From NCBI RefSeq assembly GCF_035594765.1, contig NC_085844.1, positions 171,074,107-171,138,106 on the forward strand: a stretch of DNA of 64,000 bases, read 5' to 3'. Under the pieces are notes generated by a model. It worked only from the letters and a program-made list of their open reading frames with translations, was not told where the DNA came from and did not search any database. This document shows positions 36,679 to 50,481 of this stretch, one piece after another. Both the position numbers and the translations under genes were made by a program. This stretch comes from Anolis carolinensis (taxonomy: Eukaryota). The first letter of the stretch is position 1; the number at the start of each line of letters is the position of its first letter.

Positions 36679-39600
36679 AAGTAGTGATGGTGAATATTTT
36701 AAGGTACTTAGCTAAGTATAATCTGATTGTTGTTTCCATTTTTGACATTTTTGGGGCCTTTGGTTTTCTTGCTCCCTCTTTTGTTAACTTAGGAATTTTT
36801 CCAGCAGTAGCTCATAGTGTGTTCTCCAATATTCCTACCACATTTTTAAACTTCAAAAAGCTGAGTAGTGTGCCTCACAACCTCTCTGTTTTATGGCAAA
36901 TTTTAGCCCAGGCATGTATTTAATACGTGGATTCTCATGGCCTTTTTCTACTCCATTTTGTGTGTAAAGGAAGTTTATCTAAGAGATACTTCTTATTTAA
37001 AGGAATTCTTAGCTGATGTGCCTTAGTCTTCTCTTGTTTTTCTTTCCCCCACCCCGCCCCAGACATCAGAAATCCTAGTAGCAGGGTCTTAGAAAGCTTT
37101 CTCTTGTTTTCTAGTTCTTTACTAATATTTTCCCATTTTTATGACAAGCCCACATTTTTGTTTTTAGAAGCAGCCCCCCCCTTTAAAATTTGAAATTCAT
37201 GCTGTATACTGCAACCTGAATGTCAACCAAAATCATGCTGACAAGTTTTGAGATAGCTATAGCAATATCCTGTTACCACATTTTTTTTCTATAAGTGAGT
37301 GCCTCACTGAGAATTTTAACTTGAAATTCAGCAGTACAATTTGACAACCAAAAGTATTGGTTATCATCTTTTATGATGTCCTAAATGAGGTTTGCACTAT
37401 CACAACTCACTTTTATACTCACTGCATGGTTTGGAATTTTATTCTAACAAGGCGACAACCAAATTCCAACTCCCAACTCACCTTACAAGCAAAACACACG
37501 CCTCTCTGTAACATGGCTATTTCCATGTTTTTGGAGAGCAGGGAGAGGGCTGGAGACCTATCCAGCTATTTTCCTGGACCTGGCCATCACAGCAAGTACA
37601 GCTATAGGAAAATAGTTGGATGAGTCCCACCTCATCCCCGAGTTCACTGACAAAACAGAAATGATGGTGTTGGGTGTGTATGCTGCTTATAAGGTGAGCT
37701 TTTGGAAGTAATAGTACTGAAACAACTATCTTCTTCAGTCCTAAGAAAGAATGTAAACCTATGAACCCAACATAAAAGAATGGAAGGACCAAAGAAAAAA
37801 AATGGGGGATTTTCTTAAATTGTGGTCTCCATGACAAGCCTGTCACCAGGTAGCACCTTAACTGACACAATTAATAATGTAAGGAGGAGCTGATTGACTT
37901 AAGTGAAGTCGTCTTTGCTACATAAACCTACCAAGATCTATAGAGTAAGAAAAAAGAGGAAGGTAAGGACAGAATGAAATGCTATTTTTTTCCCCCATGG
38001 ACATGCTCTTGCTTTCCATTCTGCTCTTGTAACAATTACTGTACTAGCCTCTCTGACAGAGTCAATAAATTGATCGGGATCTGATGCAGCTGCAAGGCAG
38101 GCTAATCCAATACACCATTATCTGCAGTGGAGGTTAGTGGGGGAGGTAAAAGTGGAGAGCAGGAAGTCAGGAAAGAAGAAAAATAAAGCTAGCAAAAATT
38201 CATAATTCATTTTAGAGCCTTCATGTACATTTGGCACATCTATAGAGGTATATGCTGGAAGAGAACTGGCTTCATGTGAGAAGATTTTAAAATAAAACTG
38301 GGTATCTATAAAACTCGGTAGAATTGTAGTTTACCGGAGATCCAAAGAAGAACTGTGATTTTCATCTGATTCCTATCTCTCAACCATAAACAAATAGTCA
38401 TATTAGCTAATACCAGAAAAGAAAGTCATGAGGGAAAACAGACTACCTGTTGATTACTTCCATGCTATCCTTCACTTATCCTGTAATATCTGATCCCTAA
38501 TTTACAGTGGAGCAGAAGTAAAATTGAAATTCAGGTAGTCAACATGACAGCTGCCACAGGCAAATCACTAAAAGAAAGATGAAAAATGAAGATAGGTGCA
38601 TGGATCCAAAATAACAAACCCACATATTTTGTGAAGAGAATGGGTCCTTATTGTCAACTAAGTAGCAAACTACCTTCAGAATAGTTTGCATGGTCAATGA
38701 GGATAGCTGCTACTATAACTTGTTTCTGGAAAAACATATCCCCCCTCAGCGAGAACAAGGCATTCTGAAGGGCATGGAAGTGGCAAACACCACTATGATA
38801 TCTCCTCATTAGGAGACCCTGGTTTTAGTACATCATTTACCTCCTTCACATCAATCCTTCTCCAACTTCATCTTTCATTAGAATAACTTTATGTTCCAGC
38901 ACCACAGCTGGGCTTCATGCATCCTTGTTTTCCCAGAGACTAACTTCTCCAGCAAAGACTGCTATCTGACTTTGACTTTCTCCAGCTGGTTGGTCTGACA
39001 TTGATTTATAGTGTTGTAGAAGGGAGTGGCTCCAAAGGCAGATAGCCAGGTAAGTTAAGTAATTTCACATCGAGGAGGATACCAAGATCAACTATTTCTA
39101 CATGTATTTATATCATGATGTCATGAATTTGTGGACTGAGAATTTCAAACATATTTGTGATAAAAACTTAATAGTGCATATAAAAAAAATTTAATTAAAG
39201 AAGTATACTGAGCCTATGGAGAGTTACTTAGAACTTTTAGTAACACATTCATAACCTTTTCTCCTTTACTAGCTTTCTTAGTCTAACATAAAAATGTTTG
39301 CTAAAATGAAAGAAATAGGAAGGAAAAAGCAGTGTCTTAGAAATAAGGTTCATTTAAAAATAAATAAATAGATAATATGCAGCAGTATCTTGTATAACCA
39401 TGACATACTACATAGCCCCATAACTATGGTGTTACACAGTGGATTCCAACCAGGCTCTTCTCAAACCCTGCCATTGGTAGCTGCTAGTATTAATAGGGAC
39501 GCATTTCCCTGTCAATTGAGAAGCAGCAAGCAATCTCTAGCACAACAGACAGAAAACAACCTCTACAGCAATTCTCTTTTGCTGTAGATCATGTGCAAGC

Positions 39601-40879
39601 AGAGTACTGGTGCTATCAGGCTAATGCTTCTTGATCTTCAAGGAACTACACCTCTACAGATCCCAGGGGCTTGGGGCACTTTCGTGGTCCCTACATAGCC
39701 CTTAAACTAGGGATGAACACATAGCAGTTATATATCCATAACTGTCGGATTACGTATCTGCAATTGTCCAACGTGATCCTCTTGGGGACACTTAGTAGAA
39801 CTAGATTCAGAAATCTATCTTGTGAATAATTATCTTTCATTCTGATGAGCTCTTTAAGCAGAGTGCACAAAAGGAAATTCTAAAATAAGCCAAATGACCA
39901 GCTAGGCATGTGGGGATGAAAATGAAAGGTATCCCTCCTTGAGAGTTACCCAAGCATTTGAGGTTATTTTGGCTAACTTTAAACACCTTGAGATATCCTC
40001 AAGGGATTGAAAAGGACATGATTTAATAATAATAAAATCCTATGAATCTTGATTCTTTTGATAGAGATGATCCCTATTTTTTTCTGCGATTCTGTCTCTG
40101 GTAGAATTTTTTTTCTGTGAAAGAAGTAATGCCCAGCAATGTGTCTACTTCATAACAAGGCTTTTTTTCAAAGATGGTTGTGGTGAGTTTTTTTTTTCAT
40201 TCTCAGCCTTTTCCTTCCTATAATATCTAAGCAAACATAGGCAAAACTAGACATTCGAAAATCTAACAAAATGTTCATGCTTCTTCTGGATCTTAAAAAC
40301 TAGAGAAAATATAAGCTGGGCCATGTGACTCAGCACAGGATCTATAGCTAACAGAAGCTGATACACCAAAATGCTAGAAAAAGAAAGGAATTCTCAGTGG
40401 GTTTTGGCAAATATGTAATATTGTGTGAATCACTAAAAAGTAGTAGTGTGTGAATCACTGTTTCATATGGAAGTCAGTGTGGGAAAAGGGGCCAAGGAAG
40501 TGTTTTTGCACTACAGACATCAATGGAGCAAGAAGTTCAGGGAACTAATGGTAATACAAGACTCTGCCATTTCTGTTTAACTTGCCAAAGTAGTTGCAAA
40601 ATAGCCAATGCAGATGAAAGAGCACCTGTATATCTTGAGTAATGTACAATATTTATTTTTATCCTGCTTTTCTCCCAATATAGGCACTGAAGGCAGTCAA
40701 CAGCAAACAGCAATACTATGTGCAAGGCTGATATGTTTTCTTATAGTCTGAATTTTAAGGACTCGGGTATCAAAAAGACAATATTTTATTAGCTTTGAAA
40801 GAAAGTGACTATTTCCATTCTTAATTTGCATGCTGGGCTTTTTAAAAAGCACATACACACATTTCAAACAGAACAAATA

Positions 40880-41075
40880 CAATGGGCCATTGTTATCTGT
40901 TGAACTTTGGTTCCAAGATTCCCCGTGGATATCAAAATCAGGGGATGCTGAAGTCCTGTTATATTTAATGGTGTAGTGAAATGGTGTTCCTTATATAAAA
41001 CAGCAAAACCAGTATTTGCCTTTTGGATCAAAAAATGTTATCTTCATAGTTTTTGAAACCACTGAGACAACTGTA
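40880..41075. mobile_element. Tigger/MER2-like MITE remnant
   Basis: ttggttccaagattccccgtggatatcaaaatcaggggatgctgaagtcc...caactgTA. Confidence 0.55.
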
Positions 41076-41429
41076 CTATTTTTATATTTGAAATACTATA
41101 GGATATCAGGTAGATTCTAGGTGCAGCCTAAGATGCAATCAGATTATATTTTTAATTTTACTTATCTGGAATACCTTTCAGCAAAAATTGTATTCTAACT
41201 TTTGTATAGCTAATACTGCACCCCAAAAAACGGTTATTACTTGAGTTATTACACTATATAGCTGCTTATAATGTCAACCAACCTAAAATCTAATATGTTT
41301 TATTATTTTCACATAAAAACACAGCCTTTTCAATTTGGCATGGTTTTGTGTCTGGAAAGAGGGATTTTTGTTCACATGCAAAGTCAACAATCATGACAAA
41401 GTTCTAAGAAAGTACAGAGAGAGCCAGGA

Positions 41430-41600
41430 TAAGGTTGCCAGCTAAAATAAGGAATTGAGTTGCTTTCCCTTTAATAGTTATGTAGAAGAGGGAATCTCAG
41501 GGGTAATGCTTGCATGACATGCAATATCTGCTGAAATTTCTCTTTTACACAGCCATTGCAGGATCAGGAGCTCTGTCCATTATTTCACCTGGTAATCCTA
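41430..41600. mobile_element. Old palindromic hAT-like MITE
   Basis: Ends taaggttgccagctaaaata / tatttcacctggtaatccta. Confidence 0.45.
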
Positions 41601-43777
41601 ATAAAAGGTCCTAGAAAAGGTTCTCTAGAGAAAAGGATACATTTTGGGGCAGGGATTTCCCCAGACATTCGAGAGGCTCCGTCCCTAGGTGTTAGCAGCA
41701 GTGACTGTTTTATTTTATGGGAGAAATCAATCTTTTCTTTGGGGAAGTTACAGCCATGAATCTAAAAAGGGGGATGGAACAGTTTTATAGGGTTTGCCTT
41801 GTGCTATTGTAGCGCAACACATGGAATCAACTGGTTAAGCCCAGACCAATGGAAATAAAGGTTGTCATGTCCACTCCTGGTTAATAACAAAAAGATTGAA
41901 ATGAAAGCATGCAAAGCAAATATCGTAGGAATTAAATCCCATGAAATCAGTATTTCCTTCTGTGCAAATAAAAGTGAGTCAGTAAGCACCTATTTCTAAG
42001 TGAGTGTGCACAGGACTCCTTGTCTTACACTGTTCCTTTATGATATTATTTGCAGCTACTATAGCAATACTACAGTTGAGCTATAAACGTGTTTTTACAT
42101 TTTCCCCCACATCTGCTAAACGGGAGGAACTTGAAGGGAAATTGTACTGTAGAAAAGCAGGCATGCAAGTTGCTTTCTGCTGTTCAACCAATGGAAACAG
42201 ACCCAGAAGAGTTAAAATATTCTCTGAGTTGCTGGTGTACTTTCTGTGACCTTGTTCAGTGCAGAAATCCAACACAGTTTAACCACTTCTATCTATGTTG
42301 CTATAAAGGAGAGCCTTTGCCAAAGAGTGCAAATGGAGACATCAGCAAGAAAACAGAGAACGCTCTCACAGTCTGAGTCCTGAAAAAATATTGATTTCAT
42401 TACCGAGGATCACATAATTTTTGAACATGCTATAACTTGCAGTTTTTGTGAGATGAACTGCAGCTACTCTGTGACTGCCTTCTTGCTAGCTTGTGAAAAG
42501 GTATTTCTCAGTATTGCCATTCTTACTTATCACACACTAAGAAAACTGTGGCACTAGGTCAGGGATAACACCTTTACATTACCAAGTGTTCCCTATATTC
42601 CATGTTTATAACATAAAATACAGTTGGCCTTCAAGTGAGTCACCATATTGACAGGTCATATAGGTTTTAGCTGGATTCTAGACATTAACTTTTCCAGGAG
42701 GGATTTTTTAAAAAATTTCTTTGTGGGGAAAATGAAAGTAGGTTGGTGGAGAGCAGGAGGAGAATAGTTAGGAGAGATGGATGGAGACCTGATGCTCTTA
42801 TTTAGAGGATAAAAAGATGGAGAAGACACTCTGCATGGCTAGGCAGCGGCAGCTGAAATGTCTTCTGGATGGAAAGAGCCTTGGATGGGTCATGAGACTT
42901 AACTGGATAGGGGAGAGGTGCCTGTTTTGGGGGTTTACATGAAGGATGTGGAATGATTTGGAAATATTATAGGATGTCAGAGTGCCACAGGAGTCATGAA
43001 CAGCAAGAAACAGAATCCCAAAAGTCGGGAGGAGATGGAAAACAGAATTTCTTCTTATTGGAAAGGCAGACAACGGGAATTATGGGCAGTGAGAGATGAC
43101 CCCCTCCCCAACCTCCCTATTCTTAGAATTGGTGTGGGATGCCTTTGAGTTCCCTGGAGGTGAGAAGAGCATGTAATGTAATGTTAATATTCACACATAC
43201 AGTATGCCTATAAAGATCTGTTCATATGTATTTCACTCCATGTATAGGAGAAAACAGATTGTCTATGAAAGCTTATGCTACCAACTTCTTTCTGAAAGTT
43301 AGTCTCTCAGGTGCTACAAGATTCCTTTGCATTTCCCCGAAATATTGGATTTGCATATTACATAAACATCCACTAAATGCAGATTAGCCCACCGGGGGTT
43401 GGCGAACTGTAGTATGACACCCTCCCTCATGCAAATAGATCTGTGAACACACTGCAAGGTCCAAATTAGGCCCAGTTCTCCAAGAGAAAGAGTGGCAGGT
43501 GGCCACTTCAAATACACATGTAAGGTTGTTGGTTACTGATACAGTTTGTTATGGTGAAAGAGCTTCTGTTGACCAAACAAGGGCTGAAGATATCCCATGC
43601 TAAGTTACAATATAATGTTATTATGGTTAAAGAAGAACTTCACTGCAAGAAATAGTTATTTGTAACTAATTACTTCCAACTCTGTTCACAGCTGGTTATG
43701 CGACAGTATGTGCACTCTCCTATTCTTTTTCCACCAGAGTTCAAATGTGTGCAAAAATACATGCCTGACCAGGCCTA

Positions 43778-44578
43778 CCCTGTTTCCCCGAAAATAAGAC
43801 ATCCCCGGAAAATAAGACCTAGTAGAGGTTTTGCCGACTTCCTAAATATAAGGCCTCCCCCAAAAGTAAGACCTAGCAAAGTTTTTGTTTGGAAGCATGC
43901 CCGGCGCCTGCCAAACAGAACACCAGAGCATGCAGAATTGATAAATGTACATACCAGTTGTACATGGAAATAATGGTAGTAACAAGAAATTCTTGATAGG
44001 ATTCACAGTTTGTCTGGTTATATTGGTTTGTGATGACAACTACTGTGTATCTATATATATAAATGAGTGATGGCATCACGGCAACCCACAAAACAACAAA
44101 ACTACAGGCCCCCCAACCTTGAAATTTGACAACACAACCCATCATGATACAACAAAAAGAAAAGAAAAATAAAGTCCTAATTAGTGGGAGAGCAATAATT
44201 GTTTTTATCCAATTGCTGCCAGTTTAGAGGGCTAATCTCTGCCCACTTGGTCTCCTAGTAACCAACTCAGCCAAGGGACAGCCAGGGTTCAGTTAGGGGA
44301 CAGGCAGATTTAGGCCTCACTTAGGCTTCTTCCACAGATTATCTAATTTGCACTGGATTATATGGCAGTGCAGACTCAAGGAACTTCCACCATACTTCGC
44401 CACAGCAACGCGTGGCCGGGCACAGCTAGGTATATAATAAATGTTCATTTTTTTTTGTTCAACAATAAATGTGAATTCTTCTTCATTGAAAAATAAGACA
44501 TCCCCTGAAAATAAGACCTAGCACATCTTTGGGAGCAAAATTAATATAAGACACTGTCATATTTTTGGGGGAAAATAG
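43778..44578. mobile_element. Tc1/mariner-superfamily MITE hosting a Helitron
   Basis: TIRs ccctgtttccccgaaaata / tatttttgggggaaaatag, TA flanks, repeated aaaataagac motifs. Confidence 0.75.
44050..44429 (+). mobile_element. Non-autonomous Helitron
   Basis: A|TCTATATATATAAA 5' end; 3' hairpin gccacagcaacgcgtggc followed by cgggcacagCTAG. Confidence 0.85.
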
Positions 44579-45590
44579 TATATAGTGGCTATTGGATGTA
44601 TGCAACTGGAAACAAAATAAGGATGCAATTTGTTTTGCAACAGACTCTTCTAGTATGTCACATCTGTGTGATGTTTGGACCATGTTCCATGTTGTTCCAA
44701 TTTTATGGAGGAGGAACACAATTAAATCCCATTTTAAGTTTTCATGCTAAATTAGCAGTTTGAAATTATAATTGCCAAATGATAATACTTCTTGTTCTTG
44801 ACCTTTAAAAGACTCTGCTGTAACCATGAAAACATGCTAAATAAAAGCTATAGTTGTCCTAAACATAAGTTTCTCTTGTTAATTCTTTCCGTCCTCATGA
44901 TGATGGGAAATTAAGCACAGCCTTAATATTTTTTTAACATCTGCTTCAAATAAGCTGCTAACAAAACTGCCAACAATTATTTTCTTAAGTGACATTTGGA
45001 AATTTTAAATGGTTTTGGAAAAGTGCATTCAGAAAGTGTCCCTGTCTAAGAAGAAAAGGTGTTTTGGTCAAGCTTCTGATTCAAATATTTTACAAAATAT
45101 GTATAAGGTAGCGTTATCCCAATATCAGTGAGGTCAAATTACTGTTGGATGTATTTAAGATGCTTTTGGTGGTTTCTCACTTTTATGTTTCATCTGATGT
45201 AAAAAGACCCAAGGGTGCATTCAGACTGATGAAAAAGACTAGAAAGTCTTTAATTTTGTTCCTGTTCTGTGTTTATTTTGCAGATACATACACATTGCTC
45301 TTGTTCAAGAATACTTTCAGTAAGTGCCTGACACAATTAGATAATTTTTATATCAGCTTGACAGGCCCGTTCATTTTAATTCAGTATAAAATCAGAAAGC
45401 ATGAGACCAAAATATGGGATTTTTCACTCAGTCTGGATGCACTCCAAAGGCATTTTCTTCTTTTTCTCAATATCAGTGAGCAAACTTGGTGTTCTTTTGC
45501 CCAAATTGACCTTATGTCTTCTCTCCTATGTAGAGAAATAGGATGTATTCCAACATGTTTTCATTCAGTTTCCTACCACTGTTCTTCATC

Positions 45591-47931
45591 CTTCTACCAG
45601 AAGGTAGAAGAGGCAACAAGGGGATCAGCAACTCTTGATCTAATCTTAACAAATGTGGAAGACCTGATCAATACAGTTGAAGTGGTTGGATCCTTAGGGG
45701 CAAGTGACCATGTGCTCCTGCAGTTTGCAATACAAAGGAATGCTGAAACTAAGACAAGTCAAACACACATTCTGGACTTTAAGAGAGCTGACTTCCAAAA
45801 AATGAAGGAATTACTGAGCGGCATTCCATGGACGCCGATATTAAAAAACAAGGGAGTTAAGGATGGATGGGAGTTTTTCAAAAGTGAAATACTCAAGGCG
45901 CAAATGCAAACAGTGCCAACAAAGAAGAAAAATAAGACAAGTGCAAAGAAGCCAGAATGGATGTCCAAAGAACTTCTAACTGAGCTAAAGCTCAAAAGTG
46001 ACATGCACAAGAAGTGGAAAAGGGGAGAAATCACCAAAGAAGAATTCAAACGTATAGCCAACACCTGTAGGGAAAAGGTTCGCAAGGCTAAAGCGCAAAA
46101 TGAGCTCAGGCTTGCCAGGGACATAAAAAACAACAAAAAAGGCTTTTTTGCTTACGTTGGTAGAAAAAGGAAGAAAAAGGAGGCGATAGGGCCATTGCAA
46201 GGAGAAGATGGGGTGATGGCGACAGGGAAAAGGCAGAACTACTTAATGCCTTCTTTGCCTCGGTCTTCTCAGAAAAAGAAAGCCATCTTCAACCGCAGCA
46301 ACATGGAATGGACGAAGGATTGGGGGAAATCCAACCCCAAATAGGGAAACAAGTTGTCCAGGAACACCTGGCCACTCTAAACAAATTCAAGTCCCCAGGG
46401 CCAGATCAGCTACATCCAAGAGTACTGAAGGAACTAGCGGAAGTTATTTCAGAACCACTGGCAATTATCTTCGAGAGTTCTTGGAGAACGGGAGAAGTCC
46501 CAGCAGATTTGAGGAGGGCGAATGTGGTCCCTATCTTCAAGAAGGGAAAAAAGAACGACCCAAACAATTACCGTCCGGTCAGCCTCACATCAATACCAGG
46601 CAAAATTCTGGAAAAGATCATTAAGGAAGTGGTCTGCGAACACTTAGAAACAAATGCAGTCATTGCTAATAGTCAACACGGATTTACCAAAAACAAGTCA
46701 TGCCAGACTAATCTGATCTCTTTTTTCGATAGAGTTGCGAGTTGGGTCGATACAGGGGATGCTGTGGATGTAGCGTACCTGGATTTCAGTAAGGCCTTCG
46801 ACAAAGTCCCCCACGACCTTCTGGCAAACAAACTAGTAAAATGTGGGCTAGACAAAACTACGGTTAGGTGGATCTGTAATTGGCTAAGCGAACGAACCCA
46901 AAGGGTGCTCACCAATGCGTCGTCTTCATCATGGAAAGAAGTGACAAGTGGAGTGCCGCAGGGCTCTGTCCTGGGCCCGGTTCTGTTCAACATCTTTATT
47001 AACGACTTAGACGAAGGGTTAGAAGGCACGATCATCAAGTTTGCAGACGACACAAAACTGGGAGGGATAGCTAACACTCCAGAAGACAGGAGAAGAATTC
47101 AAAACGATCTTGACAGACTAGAGAGATGGGCCAAAACTAACAAAATGAAGTTCAACAGGGACAAATGCAAGATACTTCACTTCGGCAGAAAAAATGGAAA
47201 TCAAAGATACAGAATGGGGGACGCCTGGCTTGACAGCAGTGTGTGCGAAAAAGATCTTGGAGTCCTTGTGGACAACAAGTTAAACATGAGCCAACAATGT
47301 GATGCGGCTGCTAAAAAAGCCAATGGGATTCTGGCCTGCATCAATAGGGGAATAGTGTCTAGATCCGGGGAAGTCATGCTCCCCCTCTATTCTGCCTTGG
47401 TCAGACCACACCTGGAATACTGTGTCCAATTTTGGGCACCACAGTTGAAGGGAGATGTTGACAAGCTGGAAAGCGTCCAGAGGAGGGCGACTAAAATGAT
47501 TAAGGGTCTGGAGAACAAGCCCTATGAGGAGCGGCTTAAAGAGCTGGGCATGTTTAGCCTGCAGAAGAGAAGGCTGAGAGGAGACATGATAGCCATGTAC
47601 AAATACGTGAGGGGAAGTCATAGGGAGGAGGGAGCAAGCTTGTTGCTGCCCTGCAGACTAGGACACGGAACAATGGCTTCAAACTACAGGAAAGGAGATT
47701 CCACCTGAACATCAGGAAGAACTTCCTCACTGTGAGAGCTGTTCGACAGTGGAACTCTCTCCCCGGGGCCGTGGTGGAGGCTCCTTCCTTGGAGGCTTTT
47801 AAGCAGAGGCTGGATGGCCATCTGTCGGGGGTGCTTTGAAAGCGATTTCCTGCTTCTTAGCAGGGGGTTGGACTAGATGGCCCATGTGGTCTCTTCCAAC
47901 TCTACTATTCTATGATTCTATGATTCTATGA
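45591..47931 (+). mobile_element. 5'-truncated CR1 LINE (end of endonuclease plus RT; two small frameshifting deletions)
   Basis: [35 protein letters not shown] motifs; (ATTCTATG)n tail; TSD TTCATC; frameshifts near 46225 and 47642. Confidence 0.96.
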
Positions 47932-48466
47932 TTCATCATGTCTGAATCACTCAATCTTATGTATACATTATGTTATTGCAACTGATCTGATGAGCAAGAA
48001 ATGAAAATTCAAAATAGTGTTCAGTTCAAAAGAGCTTTAGTTGATTGTAAGGGAATGTTTTGTCATCATGTATAATATGAATGTTGGACAGCCAAACTGG
48101 GATCACAGCATAGATAAAGGCTTCTTCATCCCAAGCCTGTATTCCAATGTTGATTAGGTCGCCATGAGGCTTCTTTTACAAATTCTGTTTGCTAGGGCTA
48201 AGTGATGAATGTCACATTTAGTCTGGTACTGCTTCCCCACTCAAAAAAACAACAACAAAAAAAAAAAAACAGAAAAGAAAATGTAGAAACTTATACAAAT
48301 CAATTGTGCATCCATGGCTTGAATACTATGTAGTTTTGACTGTGGTATTCTACACAAAGCACTGTGTGAGTTTAAAAAATGCTGAAAATTATTGTCTGCA
48401 TAGAACGATTATGCTGTTGAAGCTTAGCAAGTCTGTAAATCCATGAATAGGTAGACTGGAGTTGTG

Positions 48467-48955
48467 GCCGGGCTGTGGCGCAGACTGGTAAACAGCTGCT
48501 GCAATAAATCACTCTGACCATGAGGTCATGAGTTCGAGGCCAGCCCGTGGTGGGGTGAGCACCCGTCAATTAAAAATAAAAATATAGCCCCTGCTCGTTG
48601 CTGACCTAGCAACCCGAAAGATAGTTGCATCTATCAAGTAGGAAATAAGGTACCACTTATAAAAAAAAAGTGGGGAGGCAGGTTTAACTAATTTACAACG
48701 TTGGAATGAGGAAGTGAGGAAGTGCCATCAGAGTGGATGATGAAGCAGCTGCTCCCCCTGTGGCCAGAATCGAACATCCCCTCAGGAGAAGGTTAAATTG
48801 TCTCTGCGTCTGTCTGTCTGTTGTCTCTGTCTCGGTTCGATGTGTTTATGGGCATTGAATGTTTGCTCTATATGTACATAATGTGATCCGCCCTGAGTCC
48901 CCTTTGGGGTGAGAAGGGCGGAATATAAATACTGTAAATAAAATAAATAAATAAA
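48467..48955 (+). mobile_element. tRNA-headed SINE with L2-like tail, full length
   Basis: gccgggctgtggcgcag A box, gagttcgaggcc B box, L2-type stem-loop and (TAAA)n tail. Confidence 0.88.
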
Positions 48956-49249
48956 TTTGTAACGGAAACTCTTAAATATTGACAGTGAATATTTCAAAGT
49001 GATAGCCATCACTTATATGCTTATCAAGCATATATTCTAAAAATATGGATCATATCACGTCTACTGAAAAGTAAATCCAACTGAATGATTAGGGACTTAC
49101 ACTCAAGTATGTTTAGCATTGTTACATCTGACACTCTTGGTCCAAAAATAAAGTGCTTCAGGATATATGATAAAAGTTATGAATTGCATTGGTTCACATA
49201 ATTATAATCTTTAACGCTGTATTAACGTTTTTACTCCCCCCGCCCCACT

Positions 49250-49385
49250 AGGGATGAGACTAGTGTGGCCCTGCAGGTTTTATTGGACTACAACTCTAAA
49301 CAGTCCTTACCAGCAAAACCAATGGTAAGGAATGCTAGGAGTTGAGGTACAACTTATCTGAAGAGCCACATTATTCCCAACCTCT
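49250..49385. mobile_element. Old URR1-like palindromic MITE
   Basis: tgtggccc..ttggactacaactc..cc / gg..ggagttgaggtacaa..gagccaca. Confidence 0.55.
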
Positions 49386-50338
49386 TCCCCTCCATTAACA
49401 GACTATTATCAGAGGAAACCCGCTGTATAAAGAGATCTGCCAAGTTAGCTAGCTGAATTCAAACTAGAAAGGAAGTTGCATATCAAGTCCTAGCAGATTA
49501 AGTGTACATGTAAGTATTTATAATATGGTTTTCTGATTCCATAGACTCTAAATAATATTATTGTTGTATGGTAGAATATTAGAAAACATTAAAGACCACA
49601 TTTTTGGAGGGATGTGTGTACAAGGAGCTGCTGGTAAAATCTTTTTTATTGCAGCATACGTATCATAGCAGCTGCAATACAGATGCTTTGTCTTATAATT
49701 TATGGCTCCTCTTTAGTGGAGAAATCATGAATATATCAGCAAGCACTGTAATATAAACTTCTGTCCTACTCTAAATCCATTGTTCTATTTCTTCTAATGT
49801 ATTCTTGATCTCCTTGGTTAGGATTGTCCAATATACCATTACTCCCCTTATGTAATAAAGTATAAATGCAATTTATTTGAGTATTACCTCTAATCAACTG
49901 GGGTGGTAGGAAAACATTTATTCTAGTCTTAGGAATATTTAATCAATAATATATTTGGATTTGTGAATTCAGATTTATTCCAAGTTTTTTTTAAAAAATT
50001 ACTTTGGAAATCAATCTAAACCAAAAACTATCCGAAGACAAAAGACAGTGTGCCCTAGTGTTAAAACTGTTGTACTTCTGACTATGATGGTTATTTTATA
50101 AACACATTTGCTGTGTTCCCATTCTCTAGGAAACTTTGCCTGCCCCCTTTTTTGTGATGTCTAAACTGCATTTCTGAATGCACAACTGAAGTTTTTAACA
50201 TGCTACAATGCTAGAAATTTGGAGCATGAAGGAAAATTAACGGAAGGGGAGCAGAATTCACATTTTGGAAACAATGTCCTCATTTCCCCTCTCCCTGAAG
50301 CTCTGGGGACCCACAGGTTGAGAACCACTGCTCTAGAA

Positions 50339-50473
50339 CAGTGGTTCTCAACCTGGGGTCCCCAGATGTTTTTGGTCTACAAGGCCCAGAAATCCCAGCC
50401 AGGTTACCAGCTGTTAGGATTTCTGGGAGTTGAAGGTCAAAAACATTTGGGGACCCCAGGTTGAGAACCATTG
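50339..50473. mobile_element. Palindromic hAT MITE
   Basis: TIR cagtggttctcaacctggggtccc / gggaccccaggttgagaaccattg; 8-bp TSD ctctagaa/ctttagaa. Confidence 0.9.
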
Positions 50474-50481
50474 CTTTAGAA

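Noticed and set aside
45145-46344. 399-aa ORF as a host-CR1 fusion gene
   Set aside because: The first 150 or so codons are ordinary intronic sequence with a non-ATG start, upstream of the CR1 TSD; the CR1 part is frameshifted.
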